This document shows positions 55,662-64,000 of a DNA stretch of 64,000 nt, piece after piece. The DNA comes from a virus. The notes under the pieces are model-generated. The model was not told the DNA's origin. It was given only the letters and a program-made list of their open reading frames with translations, and searched no databases. Numbering within the stretch: the first letter of the stretch is position 1; each line of letters opens with the position of its first letter. The stretch covers positions 18,640 to 82,639 of IMG/VR virus record IMGVR_UViG_3300042402_003259; one strand, given 5' to 3'. A program made the position numbers and the translations under genes.

Positions 55662-56647
55662 TTTAAAACTTCATTTAAAAAATAATTTGCTAGTGCTTCG
55701 GCAGACATGTTTTCACATTCTTTTTTGCATGTAAGAGATAAATTTTCTCCTCCGAACGTTTCGAGAAAAAATGATGGACATTTTTTTCTACAATCTAAAT
55801 GTAAATGCTCTGGATAAAAAGCATTGCCGAGTTTTAAAAACTCTACTTTGCATAATATTCCAGCTTGAAAAAGAACTATGGGTTTTTTTCTTAAATTAAA
55901 TGCATGATGGACTCCTCCGTCGCTCATTATTCCATAGTCCATGATATCTATATTTTTTAATAAATCAAAAATATTTCCAGTGTCTGGAAAGTGATGATCT
56001 CCTAATCCAAAATTTTCAGAAGAGAATTCATAGATTTTTATATTAGAATTTTTCTTTTTTAAAGTTTCGACTAGTTTACTCCAAGATTCTAATCCTTTTG
56101 GTCCATTAAATCTAAATCCTAGTCCATCACAATTTGGGTGGGGGGTTTTTTTTCCTGAAAGTTTTGTTGCAGGAACTATACCGACATTTATGTGCTGGGT
56201 TTCGTTTTTGAAAATTGGAGTATTAGCATAAGTTGAAAATTCTGCATTTGTAAAAATTAAATTTTCTAAACCAAGTTGAAGAAGATAATTTAAAACAATT
56301 AAATTGACAGTTGGATGAGGTTCAAGAATTTCATAATTTTGTTTCCAGAATGAAAAAACTTTAGGGTGCCAATCAGGATATATAACTTTAATATTTTCGT
56401 TCTGATCGTTTGAGAAAGCGTAATCCTTATAATTAAGATAGATTTCATTTTCAAAAGGCTGTCTAACGACATCTACATTTTTATCAAGTTTAAGCAAATC
56501 TATTAAAAAACCATAAGTTATAACTTCTATTTTTTTATTAGGGTATTGTTGTTTTAAAATTTTTGGAACAAAAGTTACAATCAAACTGTCTCCGAGATTA
56601 TTTGGAAATAGCCATCTAGGAAAATATAATTTTATAAAGTCAGACAT
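55658..56647 (-). CDS. GT9-like glycosyltransferase
   Basis: NLGDSL, SDGGVHH.F motifs. Confidence 0.65.
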   Translation of the reverse strand: MSDFIKLYFPRWLFPNNLGDSLIVTFVPKILKQQYPNKKIEVITYGFLIDLLKLDKNVDVVRQPFENEIYLNYKDYAFSNDQNENIKVIYPDWHPKVFSFWKQNYEILEPHPTVNLIVLNYLLQLGLENLIFTNAEFSTYANTPIFKNETQHINVGIVPATKLSGKKTPHPNCDGLGFRFNGPKGLESWSKLVETLKKKNSNIKIYEFSSENFGLGDHHFPDTGNIFDLLKNIDIMDYGIMSDGGVHHAFNLRKKPIVLFQAGILCKVEFLKLGNAFYPEHLHLDCRKKCPSFFLETFGGENLSLTCKKECENMSAEALANYFLNEVLK

Positions 56648-56650
56648 ATT

Positions 56651-57340
56651 TTATGTAAATCGTTTAAAGTTCATTTCAATCCAACTATTATAATCGAAAA
56701 CCACGTTTTCAATACTTGAATAGCTTGGAGTTTGGTTAGCTAATATAACATTAGATATAAAAGTGTTAGTTTGTTTCTGATATGTTTTTGCCATAAAAAC
56801 ATCCATATTTTCATAGTTTTCAATTAAATATTCAAATCCACTTTTTCCATAACCTAGAAAATCAAATATTTTTTCTATACCTTGGTAGGAAAAAGAAACA
56901 GAGTGTAAACAATGAGCTGATTTTAATCTGTGTAGATTTATACTATATTTTTCAATAGGATTAATTCCGTATTCGTCTGTTAAATTTGCTCCAAAAAATA
57001 AAGAGTCCCAATCGTCAGGTAATTCAGAAATGCATGTATTTATTTTTTTAAAAAGATTTTCTTTATCTAGAGTGAAATTAAAATCATCTTCTAATATTAA
57101 AACGTTTTGAAGTTTATCTGTTTTAATTTTTTCAAAACATTTATAAAAAGAAAGAGCGCATCCTATTTGGCCTAACCTTTTTTTGTCAAAATGATCAGCG
57201 GAAATTTTATAGCCGTTAAATCTTTCATAATTTTTAATTTCGTATTTATCGAAATTTAAAACACATTGGTTCCATCTATCTTCTCTTTCTGGTAAATTTA
57301 TGCAAAACACTTTTTCATATTGATCGAATGGGTTTTTCAT
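56651..57340 (-). CDS. GT25-family glycosyltransferase
   Basis: CINL..R.DR, GQIGCALS, LILEDD. Confidence 0.85.
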   Translation of the reverse strand: MKNPFDQYEKVFCINLPEREDRWNQCVLNFDKYEIKNYERFNGYKISADHFDKKRLGQIGCALSFYKCFEKIKTDKLQNVLILEDDFNFTLDKENLFKKINTCISELPDDWDSLFFGANLTDEYGINPIEKYSINLHRLKSAHCLHSVSFSYQGIEKIFDFLGYGKSGFEYLIENYENMDVFMAKTYQKQTNTFISNVILANQTPSYSSIENVVFDYNSWIEMNFKRFT

Positions 57341-58200
57341 ATTTTTTCCCAGAAAGTAAAACCAGCCTTATAGCATTTTTCTTTAAATTCTTCAATTCCT
57401 ATTTTAGATATTTCATTCAAACATCCTATCTTGTGTGCTTTAGAAGTTAGAATTGACATTCCACACAAAACAGCTTCTGCAACTGATCTACAAAATGGTT
57501 CGCTAAGATTAGGATTATAAAACATGTACTTATATTTATTATAAATAATTGGCATCTCTTCGTATTTAACTAATCCTAGATATTCTATATTCTTTATAGA
57601 ACTACATAAGTGATGTAAAATATTGTTGTCTGTCCATCCAGCAACAACAAACTGTTGATTTGGATTCGATAGAGCAAAATCAAAAAATTCAAAAGCTCCT
57701 TTTAAAGGATGCATATATCCTGCATATAAAACTTTCTCTTCTCTTTCTAAGTTTGAATTTGAAAAGTTAAGGCAATCAATAGGATCATATACGATTTCTA
57801 CGTTCTTGAAAATATCTCCATATCTTTCTTTAAAAAAAGAGATATGAAAATCGCTTAAGAAAATACTTTTCGCGCATGATCCAAAAAGTTTTATTCTATC
57901 TTCTTGCTTAAGATACTCGTTTGAATCATGTTCTAATCTAACATGATACTTATGTTGAGAAATTTCATCTATTAGGTTTGGGTTCTTGAAATACAAAGAA
58001 CATAGATTTGATGTTATAAGGACATCATAATTATATAAATTTATAGAAGGATCGTATGTCTCATGATTGAGTTTTAATATCTTATATCCAAGAAGTTTTC
58101 CTTGATCGATGATTATCTTGTCGCTTCTCTGTGCGCCTCCTGGCGCTGTGTCTAAATCAAAATCAGATAACCATAAAATTCTTTTATTGACATCTAACAT
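57337..58200 (-). CDS. GT4-family glycosyltransferase
   Basis: GGAQ, G.M...KG, EPFCRSVAEA..CG. Confidence 0.82.
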   Translation of the reverse strand: MLDVNKRILWLSDFDLDTAPGGAQRSDKIIIDQGKLLGYKILKLNHETYDPSINLYNYDVLITSNLCSLYFKNPNLIDEISQHKYHVRLEHDSNEYLKQEDRIKLFGSCAKSIFLSDFHISFFKERYGDIFKNVEIVYDPIDCLNFSNSNLEREEKVLYAGYMHPLKGAFEFFDFALSNPNQQFVVAGWTDNNILHHLCSSIKNIEYLGLVKYEEMPIIYNKYKYMFYNPNLSEPFCRSVAEAVLCGMSILTSKAHKIGCLNEISKIGIEEFKEKCYKAGFTFWEKI

Positions 58201-58220
58201 ATTAAGAATATACTAATCTT
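58187..58220. promoter_or_regulatory. Bidirectional promoter at strand switch
   Basis: Plus: TTGACA(58187)-16-TATACT-6-ATG; minus: TATATT-6-ATG; only 20 bp between the two start codons. Confidence 0.55.
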
Positions 58221-58526
58221 ATGATTAGGAGTTTAGAAAATCAAGATTATTTTTATATGGTAACATGCGCTGATTTAGAATGTGTAGTTTTATCTTCTTC
58301 TTTTGAAGAAGCTGCGTGTTCTGGATTAAAAAAGATGCTTGAAGAAAAAAAGTCTGAAACCAACCTTTCATTTATAATGAGCGTAGATTTTTTAGATAAA
58401 AAAGATTATGAAACTCAAGTTTTTCATACATCTAGTATTTTAAACGATATCGGTTATTTTAAATTAGCTAAAGATTTGGAATCCCTGAGTGATTTTTTCC
58501 TTGACAAAGGAGAAAATCATCATTAA
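58221..58526 (+). CDS. Hypothetical protein
   Basis: First ORF of plus-strand block. Confidence 0.55.
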   Translation: MIRSLENQDYFYMVTCADLECVVLSSSFEEAACSGLKKMLEEKKSETNLSFIMSVDFLDKKDYETQVFHTSSILNDIGYFKLAKDLESLSDFFLDKGENHH

Positions 58527-58703
58527 ACTCTTGAGCGAAGCGAAAGAGTTTAATAATCTTACGAAAATCATACGCAATATCTTAAATAATATCTTAATAA
58601 AAAGTATGGTTAACCTTAACAAATCGGTAAGGTATACCTAAGAGAGCGAAACCTAAGAGAAATGAATAAGACTCATAAATTTATTATAAGAAGAAGAAAA
58701 AAA

Positions 58704-59291
58704 ATGATCTCAAAAGAACTGCCATTAATATTTGGAATCGCTGGAGTTGCGCGATGTGGAAAAGACACTCTTGGAAAGCATCTTATCAGCAAGCTAAATA
58801 AGTCTGGATTTCCAGCTATGAACATATCTTTTGCGATGGAGCTAAAAAGAGATCTAGATCCTTTTTTAAAAGATAAACTTAACATTTCAGCTTTCACAGA
58901 AAACAACTCCGAGAAAGATCTTATAAGACCAATGCTTGTATGCTGGGGAACAGATACTTGCAGAAAAATTGATCCTGATTATTGGATAAAGAAGATAGAA
59001 AAGCAGGTAAAGACTTCAATTAACAATAAAATAATTGTAGTTATAACTGATGTCCGATATGAAAATGAAGCTAAGTGGATCAAAGAAAACGGCGGCTTTC
59101 TAATTCATCTGAGCAGAATGGGACAAAAACCTTCTAATTTTCAAGAAAGATTAAACGATCCGATTGTAAAACGTAATGCTGATCATATAATCAAGTGGAA
59201 AACTTTCACTGATGAAAAAGAAACTTGCAATTATCATCTAAGCAAGTTATTCTATACAAAAGGATGGTCAACATATGGAGACTTTAAGTGA
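58704..59291 (+). CDS. Deoxynucleoside monophosphate kinase
   Basis: GIAGVARCGKDT, SFA..LK, R..L..WGTD..R, ITDVRYENE. Confidence 0.85.
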   Translation: MISKELPLIFGIAGVARCGKDTLGKHLISKLNKSGFPAMNISFAMELKRDLDPFLKDKLNISAFTENNSEKDLIRPMLVCWGTDTCRKIDPDYWIKKIEKQVKTSINNKIIVVITDVRYENEAKWIKENGGFLIHLSRMGQKPSNFQERLNDPIVKRNADHIIKWKTFTDEKETCNYHLSKLFYTKGWSTYGDFK

Positions 59292-59880
59292 TTCAGATTT
59301 AATCAAAAGCATCAAAAAGAAAAAAAAAGTAGATGAATGTCTACAAGAGCTTATTGATAGACATTCGGGAATTTACCTTGATATAGTAAATTCTTTTTTA
59401 AGAAACTGCAACAACGATTCTTTAAGAGAAGAAATTATAAACGATAAAGAATATGCAATATACAACTCAGTTCTGAAGTATGATGAAAACAGGGGAACTA
59501 AGTTTTCTACATTTCTTGGCAATGAAGCTAAATGGATGTGTCTAAACGCTTCTAACAAGAATAAAAAATACGTCGAACTTAACGACAACACTTATGACTT
59601 TGAATGTATAAAAGATACATACGAGCATACAGTGGTTAATTTTCAAGATCAAATTCTAAAAGAATTCAATGAAGAAATAAGCAAGCACCCAGACAAGCGC
59701 ATTCAAAAAATCTTCTCTATGCGCTATTCAGGAAACAAAAAACTAACTCCTTGGCGCAAAATCAGTAAAGCCATGAACTTAAGCATCCAAGGATGCATTA
59801 ATATACATAATGCCGCTTTGAATTCTATCTCTAAAAATATAAGATCAAAATATGAGATTATTAGTCAACGCTCCAATTAA
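59275..59880 (+). CDS. sigma70-family (region 2/4) phage sigma factor
   Basis: LIDRH.G, KYDENRGTKFSTF region 2; RY..TPWRKIS..MNLS HTH region 4. Confidence 0.8.
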   Translation: METLSDSDLIKSIKKKKKVDECLQELIDRHSGIYLDIVNSFLRNCNNDSLREEIINDKEYAIYNSVLKYDENRGTKFSTFLGNEAKWMCLNASNKNKKYVELNDNTYDFECIKDTYEHTVVNFQDQILKEFNEEISKHPDKRIQKIFSMRYSGNKKLTPWRKISKAMNLSIQGCINIHNAALNSISKNIRSKYEIISQRSN

Positions 59881-60940
59881 CGCATTATCTTTCGGAAATG
59901 TTTCGGTAAACATTTTGCGCGAACTTCATAAGAAAGATATTGATTTAGCATTCTTTCCTATTGGAGACAAAGCTGAACTAGAAGCTTACGATAAAATTGA
60001 TCTATCTTTTGTCAAGTATCTTCAATCAGCTACTAACAGCAGATATGAAAAAATCAATAAAGATATTCCTACTCTAAAGTTATGGCATATCTTTGGTAGC
60101 GAAACTAGATATTCTAAAAATCAATCTTTGTTTACATTCCACGAAGTTTCAGAAGTAACTTCTATTGAAAAAAATCTATTAAATCTTCAAGATAGAATTT
60201 TCGTAAGTTCTAATTATACCAAAAATATCTTTGAACTAAATGGCGTAGAAAATGTAACTTATGTGCCGCTGGGATTTGATTCGAACTTTCATATCACAAA
60301 TAAAACCTATTTAGAAGACAAGATTCATTTTGGTCTTCTTGGAAAGTTTGAAAGTAGAAAGAATACCGCTCGTATCATCAAGGCATGGCTTAAGTTATTT
60401 GGAAACAATTCTAAATATCAACTTAGTTGCGCTATTACAAATCCATTTTTAGACAAGGCTAAATTTCAAAATGAACTTCTAAAAACTCTAGAAGGAAAAC
60501 AGTATAATAATTTAAACTTCGTTCCATACATGCAAACAAATAGCGAAGTGAATGATTTCTTAAATAGTATAGATATTGATCTCGGCGGATTAAGCGGCGC
60601 AGAAGGCTGGAATCTGCCTTCTTTCAACGCTACCGCGCTAGGCAAATGGAGCGTAGTTATGAATGCTACAGCCCATAAGGATTGGGCAACCAGTGATAAT
60701 AGCATTCTTATAGAACCATCTTCACTTAAAGATTGCTATGATGATGTATTTTTTAAGAAAGGTCAGGCTTTTAATCAAGGTCAATTCTTTAATATCTCTG
60801 ACGAAGAAATGGAAAACGCTATTCTCAAGTCCGTTTCTTATGCAAAGAAACCCAATCCTGAAGGTCTCAAGCTTCAAAAAGAATTCACATATGAAAAAAC
60901 AGTTGAGACAATACTGTGTGCCATAAATAGTCAAGTGTGA
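59852..60940 (+). CDS. GT4-family glycosyltransferase
   Basis: GKFESRKN, S.AEGWNLP.F.A.A.G. Confidence 0.82.
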   Translation: MRLLVNAPINALSFGNVSVNILRELHKKDIDLAFFPIGDKAELEAYDKIDLSFVKYLQSATNSRYEKINKDIPTLKLWHIFGSETRYSKNQSLFTFHEVSEVTSIEKNLLNLQDRIFVSSNYTKNIFELNGVENVTYVPLGFDSNFHITNKTYLEDKIHFGLLGKFESRKNTARIIKAWLKLFGNNSKYQLSCAITNPFLDKAKFQNELLKTLEGKQYNNLNFVPYMQTNSEVNDFLNSIDIDLGGLSGAEGWNLPSFNATALGKWSVVMNATAHKDWATSDNSILIEPSSLKDCYDDVFFKKGQAFNQGQFFNISDEEMENAILKSVSYAKKPNPEGLKLQKEFTYEKTVETILCAINSQV

Positions 60941-61032
60941 CGTATTATGTGACAAAAGTATCCTAAAACGCCTTTTTAGACGTTTAAAATGCATAAAAAA
61001 GTTGGCACGATTCTTGCTATAGCATAGTTACT

Positions 61033-61311
61033 ATGTATAAAACACTAACATATAGATATCAAGTAAATAACGACGGATTAACCTTCAACATTGAATTGGC
61101 TGGAAAGTCTAAAGATGATATAAAGCTGTTCAAGGAAGACAGTTCTATTGTTATTAAAGTTAACGATAATAAATATCATATTAGCTATGAAGATTTTATT
61201 TATGGTTCGAAGTATGACTTCGATAATCTTAAAGCTAAAATGAAAAATGGATTGTTAACCATAACAGTTCCTATTATCAAAAAAACGGAACGACAAATAG
61301 AAATAGAATAA
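61033..61311 (+). CDS. Small heat-shock protein (Hsp20)
   Basis: IELAG.SKDDI, AKMKNGLLTITVP..R.IEI. Confidence 0.88.
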   Translation: MYKTLTYRYQVNNDGLTFNIELAGKSKDDIKLFKEDSSIVIKVNDNKYHISYEDFIYGSKYDFDNLKAKMKNGLLTITVPIIKKTERQIEIE

Positions 61312-61317
61312 ACAAAC

Positions 61318-61341
61318 AAAGCGCGGCGAAAGTCGCGCTTT
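61318..61341 (+). terminator. Intrinsic terminator
   Basis: AAAGCGCGGC-gaaa-GTCGCGCTTT. Confidence 0.7.
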
Positions 61342-61369
61342 AATTTTTTCTACATAAGATATAATAGAT

Positions 61370-61762
61370 ATGGTTTATCAATTTAAGAATAAGAAAAATG
61401 GCAAAATTGTAGACATCGTTATGTCTATGAAAGATTATAAGCCATATCGCGGTGAAAATGGCAATGAAGATTTCTGGGAGAGAATCTATGATGTGCCTCA
61501 AGTAAATCTAGGAGACGCTAAAGTCGTTGACCCATTCGACAATAAGGCATTTGTGAACAAGACTGGAAACATGAAAGGTAAATACGGTGACCTATTAGAC
61601 TATTCTTCTGAACTATCAGATAGACGCGCCGCTCTCGCTGGCGGCGAAGACCCTCTTAAGCGCAAATACTTTGACGAATACAAAAAGAAAACTAATGGTA
61701 AAAAACATTTGAAAGATATGCCAAAAAAGATTGAAACAAAAAATGCAACAATAGAATTTTAA
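61370..61762 (+). CDS. FmdB-like phage protein (Cys-less)
   Basis: MVYQFKN..G..W.RIY..P. Confidence 0.5.
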   Translation: MVYQFKNKKNGKIVDIVMSMKDYKPYRGENGNEDFWERIYDVPQVNLGDAKVVDPFDNKAFVNKTGNMKGKYGDLLDYSSELSDRRAALAGGEDPLKRKYFDEYKKKTNGKKHLKDMPKKIETKNATIEF

Positions 61763-62862
61763 GTTAGCCTAGCGGCTCCACTCAATCTCATTCCATCTTC
61801 TGGATATATTTTAAAACTAAACTCAGAACTAAAAGACATGTTCTCGCCTATAGATAAATCAAAAGATTGAGACTCAACTCTTGCATCGAAAATATCTATT
61901 TTTAAACCTGTTGTTCCATTTGATTTTTTTAAACCAAAAGTAAAATCATAATTATTTTCATCATCAAAAATCGTACTAAAATCACCAGTCACAGCTTCAT
62001 CAAAAGTTCCATTGAATGAAAGAGTTCCTATCAAAGGATACAATAACTTTTTTTCATAAGGATAATTGCTTCCAAAACCCAATAAATCTTTTCTTTCTAT
62101 AGGTATTGATATTTGTAAAGAGTTGATTGTGGCTGGTATATTTCCTGAATATCTTATTCCTCCCATTAATGTTTGTGGCATTTGCAAAACTATATCTCCA
62201 GGTTGCAACGCGCTTGCTCTAGAAGTTTGATTTGATAAATAATTAGCAGGATTCATATTTGCTCCTGTTAATAAATATTTTTCAGTTGATTTATTACCGT
62301 TATATAATGTTATTGCTGGGACTTGACTTCCATTAGCTCCAGTGCCGCTATAACTTTGGAAAACCATATTTATACATGAAAAAGAAACAGAAGCATTTGG
62401 TATTGATCCCACTTCAGCATTTATAGAATAGTTTGTTAAAAATGCATTTCCAACCGCAAAAACATCATTTCCTACCATATCAGTCAAATCATCTGCATCT
62501 TCTCCATTTTCATCTGTAAGTATAAAAAATAAATTTCTATCTTGACCAGTAGCAGAAAGATTTTTTAAAAATCCTTCATTGCCAGTAGCATTCATTCCTA
62601 ATATTAATTCATTTGAATTGTCTGTTATTAAATAAGATAGATCGACAGTTATTTCTGGCGCGGCTATATATTTTTCAAATGCAAAATCTGCGCTACCAAC
62701 TTGTTTAGCTCTTGATACTGGATTAGAAATAGATATCGCCGATGACTGAACTCTTTTCAATAGCTTTAAAGACTTGTTTCCTGTTTGCCCACTCCAAGAT
62801 GGAGCGTCAGAAACAAGAACGTCTGTTCCAGCGTATATTACTCTATTTCTTGTTAATTGCAT
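61759..62862 (-). CDS. Putative tail tube-like structural protein
   Basis: Beta-rich, RVQS..S..R..V.Q.G and R..L.G.G patterns; GTGTAA-8nt motif upstream. Confidence 0.5.
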   Translation of the reverse strand: MQLTRNRVIYAGTDVLVSDAPSWSGQTGNKSLKLLKRVQSSAISISNPVSRAKQVGSADFAFEKYIAAPEITVDLSYLITDNSNELILGMNATGNEGFLKNLSATGQDRNLFFILTDENGEDADDLTDMVGNDVFAVGNAFLTNYSINAEVGSIPNASVSFSCINMVFQSYSGTGANGSQVPAITLYNGNKSTEKYLLTGANMNPANYLSNQTSRASALQPGDIVLQMPQTLMGGIRYSGNIPATINSLQISIPIERKDLLGFGSNYPYEKKLLYPLIGTLSFNGTFDEAVTGDFSTIFDDENNYDFTFGLKKSNGTTGLKIDIFDARVESQSFDLSIGENMSFSSEFSFKIYPEDGMRLSGAARLT

Positions 62863-62878
62863 ATATTATATTACACGA

Positions 62879-63352
62879 TTAACTTTTTAATACGTCTGGA
62901 ATAAATTCGTGTAGCTTTTGTGGAGTATCATATTGTGACATATCAATATTAGTTATATCGCGCAAAATTTGTTTTTTCGCAACAATTGTTTCAATTGCTG
63001 ATGAATTTCCAACTTCTAAAACTTTCATGAATTGAACATCTAATTTTTCCAACAAAGTTTGGCGTAAAAATCTAAACTGATTCTTCTTTAATTCTTCTGC
63101 AATTTGTCTTCTGAAAATTAATTGACCATTATCATCTAGCGTCCATGAATTTCTTAAAAATTTTACATCAGAAAGAAACTCTTTTTCCACTATCCAACAA
63201 GGACGAGGACTTCCATCAATCAATTTTGGAATATCTTTATTTTTAACATAAATGACATAATCATTTCTTTCCTGTTCATTCATATATTCTTTATAAGCAG
63301 GTGCAACCATAGTTAAATTTCCATCATCATTTTTATAAATTATTAATTTCAT
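62879..63352 (-). CDS. Tail-fibre assembly chaperone-like protein
   Basis: R..LL..LDV.F...E...I..KKQ.LRDIT; directly downstream of fibre gene. Confidence 0.6.
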   Translation of the reverse strand: MKLIIYKNDDGNLTMVAPAYKEYMNEQERNDYVIYVKNKDIPKLIDGSPRPCWIVEKEFLSDVKFLRNSWTLDDNGQLIFRRQIAEELKKNQFRFLRQTLLEKLDVQFMKVLEVGNSSAIETIVAKKQILRDITNIDMSQYDTPQKLHEFIPDVLKS

Positions 63353-63353
63353 A

Positions 63354-64000
63354 TTATCTAGTGAAAATAACTCTTACTGCAACACAATCATATAATGTTC
63401 CAGGATATTCACAAGCTATTCTACAAGATCCTGCTGCTTGAGCGCCAGATCTTCTAGGCACAGCAATATAAGTATTAAAAATACTTGTAGTCTGAACGAA
63501 ATCCAAGCTTGCAGTTCCAGCAACAGCATAATATTCATCTATAAAGTTAGAATCAAAATTAACAGTATAATCTCCTGTTCCATTATCGCCAATACTACTT
63601 ACACCAGCATCTCTTGTAATACTTGGAGTTCCAGTTCCATTAAAATAAACCCAAGCAGAAACAGTTGAAGCGCCACTAGATCCGCTGGTTCCACTTGAAC
63701 CACTGGTTCCACTAGATCCGCTGGTTCCACTTGAACCACTGGTTCCACTAGATCCGCTGGTTCCACTTGAACCACTGGTTCCACTAGATCCGCTGGTTCC
63801 GCTTGAACCACTAGTGCCACTTACGCCACTAGATCCGCTGGTTCCACTAGATCCGCTGGTTCCACTTGAACCACTGGTTCCACTAGATCCGCTGGTTCCA
63901 CTTGAACCACTGGTTCCACTAGATCCGCTGGTTCCACTTGAACCACTGGTTCCACTAGATCCGCTGGTTCCGCTTGAACCACTAGTGCCACTTACGCCAC
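63354..64000 (-). CDS. 3' end of tail fibre protein with Gly-X-Ser repeats (5' end outside window)
   Basis: Open frame ..GVSGTSGSSGTSGSS..GASTVSAWVYFNGTG..GTGDYTVNF..VRVIFTR*. Confidence 0.8.
   Translation of the reverse strand, partial: GVSGTSGSSGTSGSSGTSGSSGTSGSSGTSGSSGTSGSSGTSGSSGTSGSSGTSGSSGVSGTSGSSGTSGSSGTSGSSGTSGSSGTSGSSGTSGSSGTSGSSGTSGSSGASTVSAWVYFNGTGTPSITRDAGVSSIGDNGTGDYTVNFDSNFIDEYYAVAGTASLDFVQTTSIFNTYIAVPRRSGAQAAGSCRIACEYPGTLYDCVAVRVIFTR
63673..64000. repeat. Coding tandem repeat (9-nt codon triplets; 36-nt higher-order unit)
   Basis: CCACTAGATCCGCTGGTTCCACTTGAACCACTGGTT repeated; encodes GTS/GSS. Confidence 0.92.

Noticed and set aside
63599-63820. 73-aa VQVEPADLVEP repeat ORF
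   Set aside because: Alternate frame of the Gly-X-Ser fibre repeat
63673-64000. 36-nt periodic repeat as a CRISPR array
   Set aside because: No unique spacers; it is an in-frame Gly-X-Ser coding repeat
1-64000. Stop-codon reassignment
   Set aside because: Long genes are intact under code 11, TAA/TAG/TGA all end genes, and no suppressor tRNA is present in the window

Overview
A 64 kb segment of a large, AT-rich, apparently lytic dsDNA tailed phage genome. Genes are almost all on the minus strand, with a short plus-strand block at 58.2-61.8 kb. It opens with a tRNA array in which two tRNAs (Lys-UUU complete; a probable Leu cut by the window edge) are interrupted after U33 by ORF-less Azoarcus-like group I introns. 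Next come small accessory genes (RuvB, SET domain, deaminases, ThyX, a pilin-like protein, a C5 DNA methylase, HNH endonucleases), rIIA/rIIB and UvsE. A membrane/signalling cluster follows (beta-barrel OMP, TM-PAS protein, ankyrin plus class III nucleotide cyclase, MscS-like fragment, spanin-like lipoprotein), then dUTPase, a tubulin/FtsZ-family GTPase and a ClpC-like ATPase. The replication module has a C-family DNA polymerase split into three genes (PHP, exonuclease, core), a nuclease, primase, DnaB and RecA. The rest is class II RNR, a Gmd/methyltransferase/glycosyltransferase cluster, a sigma factor, Hsp20 and tail genes ending in a Gly-X-Ser repeat fibre. Two promoter classes (sigma70-like TTGACA..TAnnnT and a GTGTAA motif) often sit about 8 nt from start codons, suggesting leaderless expression. 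A PVC-superphylum (Verrucomicrobia-like) host is inferred, not shown. All calls come from reading motifs by eye; no searches were run.
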